From the NCBI RefSeq assembly GCF_963921235.1, contig NC_086108.1, positions 45,572,001 to 45,636,000 of the forward strand: 64,000 nucleotides of DNA, given 5' to 3'. The stretch is from Mobula hypostoma (Eukaryota). The notes beneath the pieces are model-generated. The model did not search any database. It worked only from the letters and a program-made list of their open reading frames with translations, and had not been told where the DNA came from. This document shows positions 63,037 through 64,000 of this stretch, piece by piece (position 1 is the first letter of the stretch; each line of letters starts with the position of its first letter). A program made the translations under genes and the position numbers.

Positions 63037-63356
63037 CGTTAGGAAACGTAGAGGAGGCTTGACCCAAAAGCAGAACAGCAGAGACAATTTAGCAATGTAC
63101 GCTAGTTTTTATAACAGACTACGAAAATAACAGTCCAGGAGGGGCCACAAACTGAGAGAGAACAGATGCTAAACCCCACAGCCATCAAGGTAACTGAAGT
63201 CTAGAGTAACTAGTTGTGGCTGGCTGGTTTGAATGAGGGAACAAGGACTGTGGATGGGTTTAAATAGGGGGCATATGATGCCGTGGAAATGAGTGGCAGG
63301 TGATTCCTGTTAGATGAGTGAGACTGGAAAGTGCCTGCCTGAGCAAGCCTGATACA
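63037..63356. mobile_element. Possible solo LTR
   Basis: About 320 bp with termini cGTTAGG...CCTGATACA and internal gacccaaaagcag / tttaaatag / caggtg motifs reminiscent of fish gypsy-type LTRs. Weak evidence. Confidence 0.3.
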
Positions 63357-63910
63357 ATCACCTTTTAACTCCTTAATCAACAGTTTCATATACATCATGT
63401 AGAGTTGGAACTTGCCCAAACTTCTTCTGCTGCATCTATAAAACTCATCCTGAACTCACTACATATAGCCCTACTCCATTATTATCTTTAGATCAGTTTT
63501 TGAATTATCTATCTAACAGAACTGTGAGAATGTTATAAGCATTGATAGCAGTGATTCAAGAAAACAGCTCACTATCAATTTTACAAGGTCAACTAGAGGT
63601 ATCAATGCTTCACCAGCTCAGATGAATTAAAAAGCATTTAATCCTTCAGTTTGGTTAAGAAGGCTGCTCCAGTGTTTGAAAATTCACTCAGGAAATACCT
63701 CAATTCACTCATTGCAATGTTATCAGCTTCTTTCAGCAACTTTAAAAGTCATATGCATGCAAAACCAAGCATACTTCCATTTAGGAAGCCAGGATCAGAT
63801 GAGGCTCTACACAGTTGCCATTAGTCAGGAAGGAATTTAAGAATAGATTTAGGAAACCTAGAAGGGGACATGAGAAGACTTGGCAAATGGGATTAAGGAA
63901 ATCCCCCAAA

Positions 63911-64000
63911 TGTCATAAGGGTGGTGGCTGGGAACAGACCCCAGTGCAAGACACAGACACTGAAGTACTAGGGACAGGACTAGGATACAGGGCAATGGCA
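63911..64000. mobile_element. Possible LTR start, truncated by the window edge
   Basis: Begins TGTCA followed by a gacccc-agtgcaag motif similar to the 63037 element. Confidence 0.3.

Overview
Repeat-rich, AT-rich vertebrate genomic DNA. The repeat families (CR1, Rex1/Babar, Penelope-like, V-SINE and tRNA-SINE) suggest a cartilaginous fish, probably a ray; this is inference. The only host gene I can support is a DM-domain transcription factor of the DMRT2 group on the minus strand, most likely dmrt2b. Its coding exons are 55732-55352, 54199-54094 and 51488-50605, both introns are GT-AG, and they splice into a 456-aa ORF. The middle exon is missing from the ORF track. The gene lies in a nearly transposon-free, CpG-retaining domain. 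The rest of the window is nested, decayed retroelements, a few Tc1/mariner relics and tandem repeats. The most notable non-coding signals are: about nine copies of a minimal type I hammerhead ribozyme motif at Penelope termini, each mutated; an apparent gene-conversion tract and hairpin between inverted CR1 copies; two minisatellites arising at nearly the same CR1 position; and a structured tRNA-SINE with a target-site duplication. Transposon boundaries are approximate.
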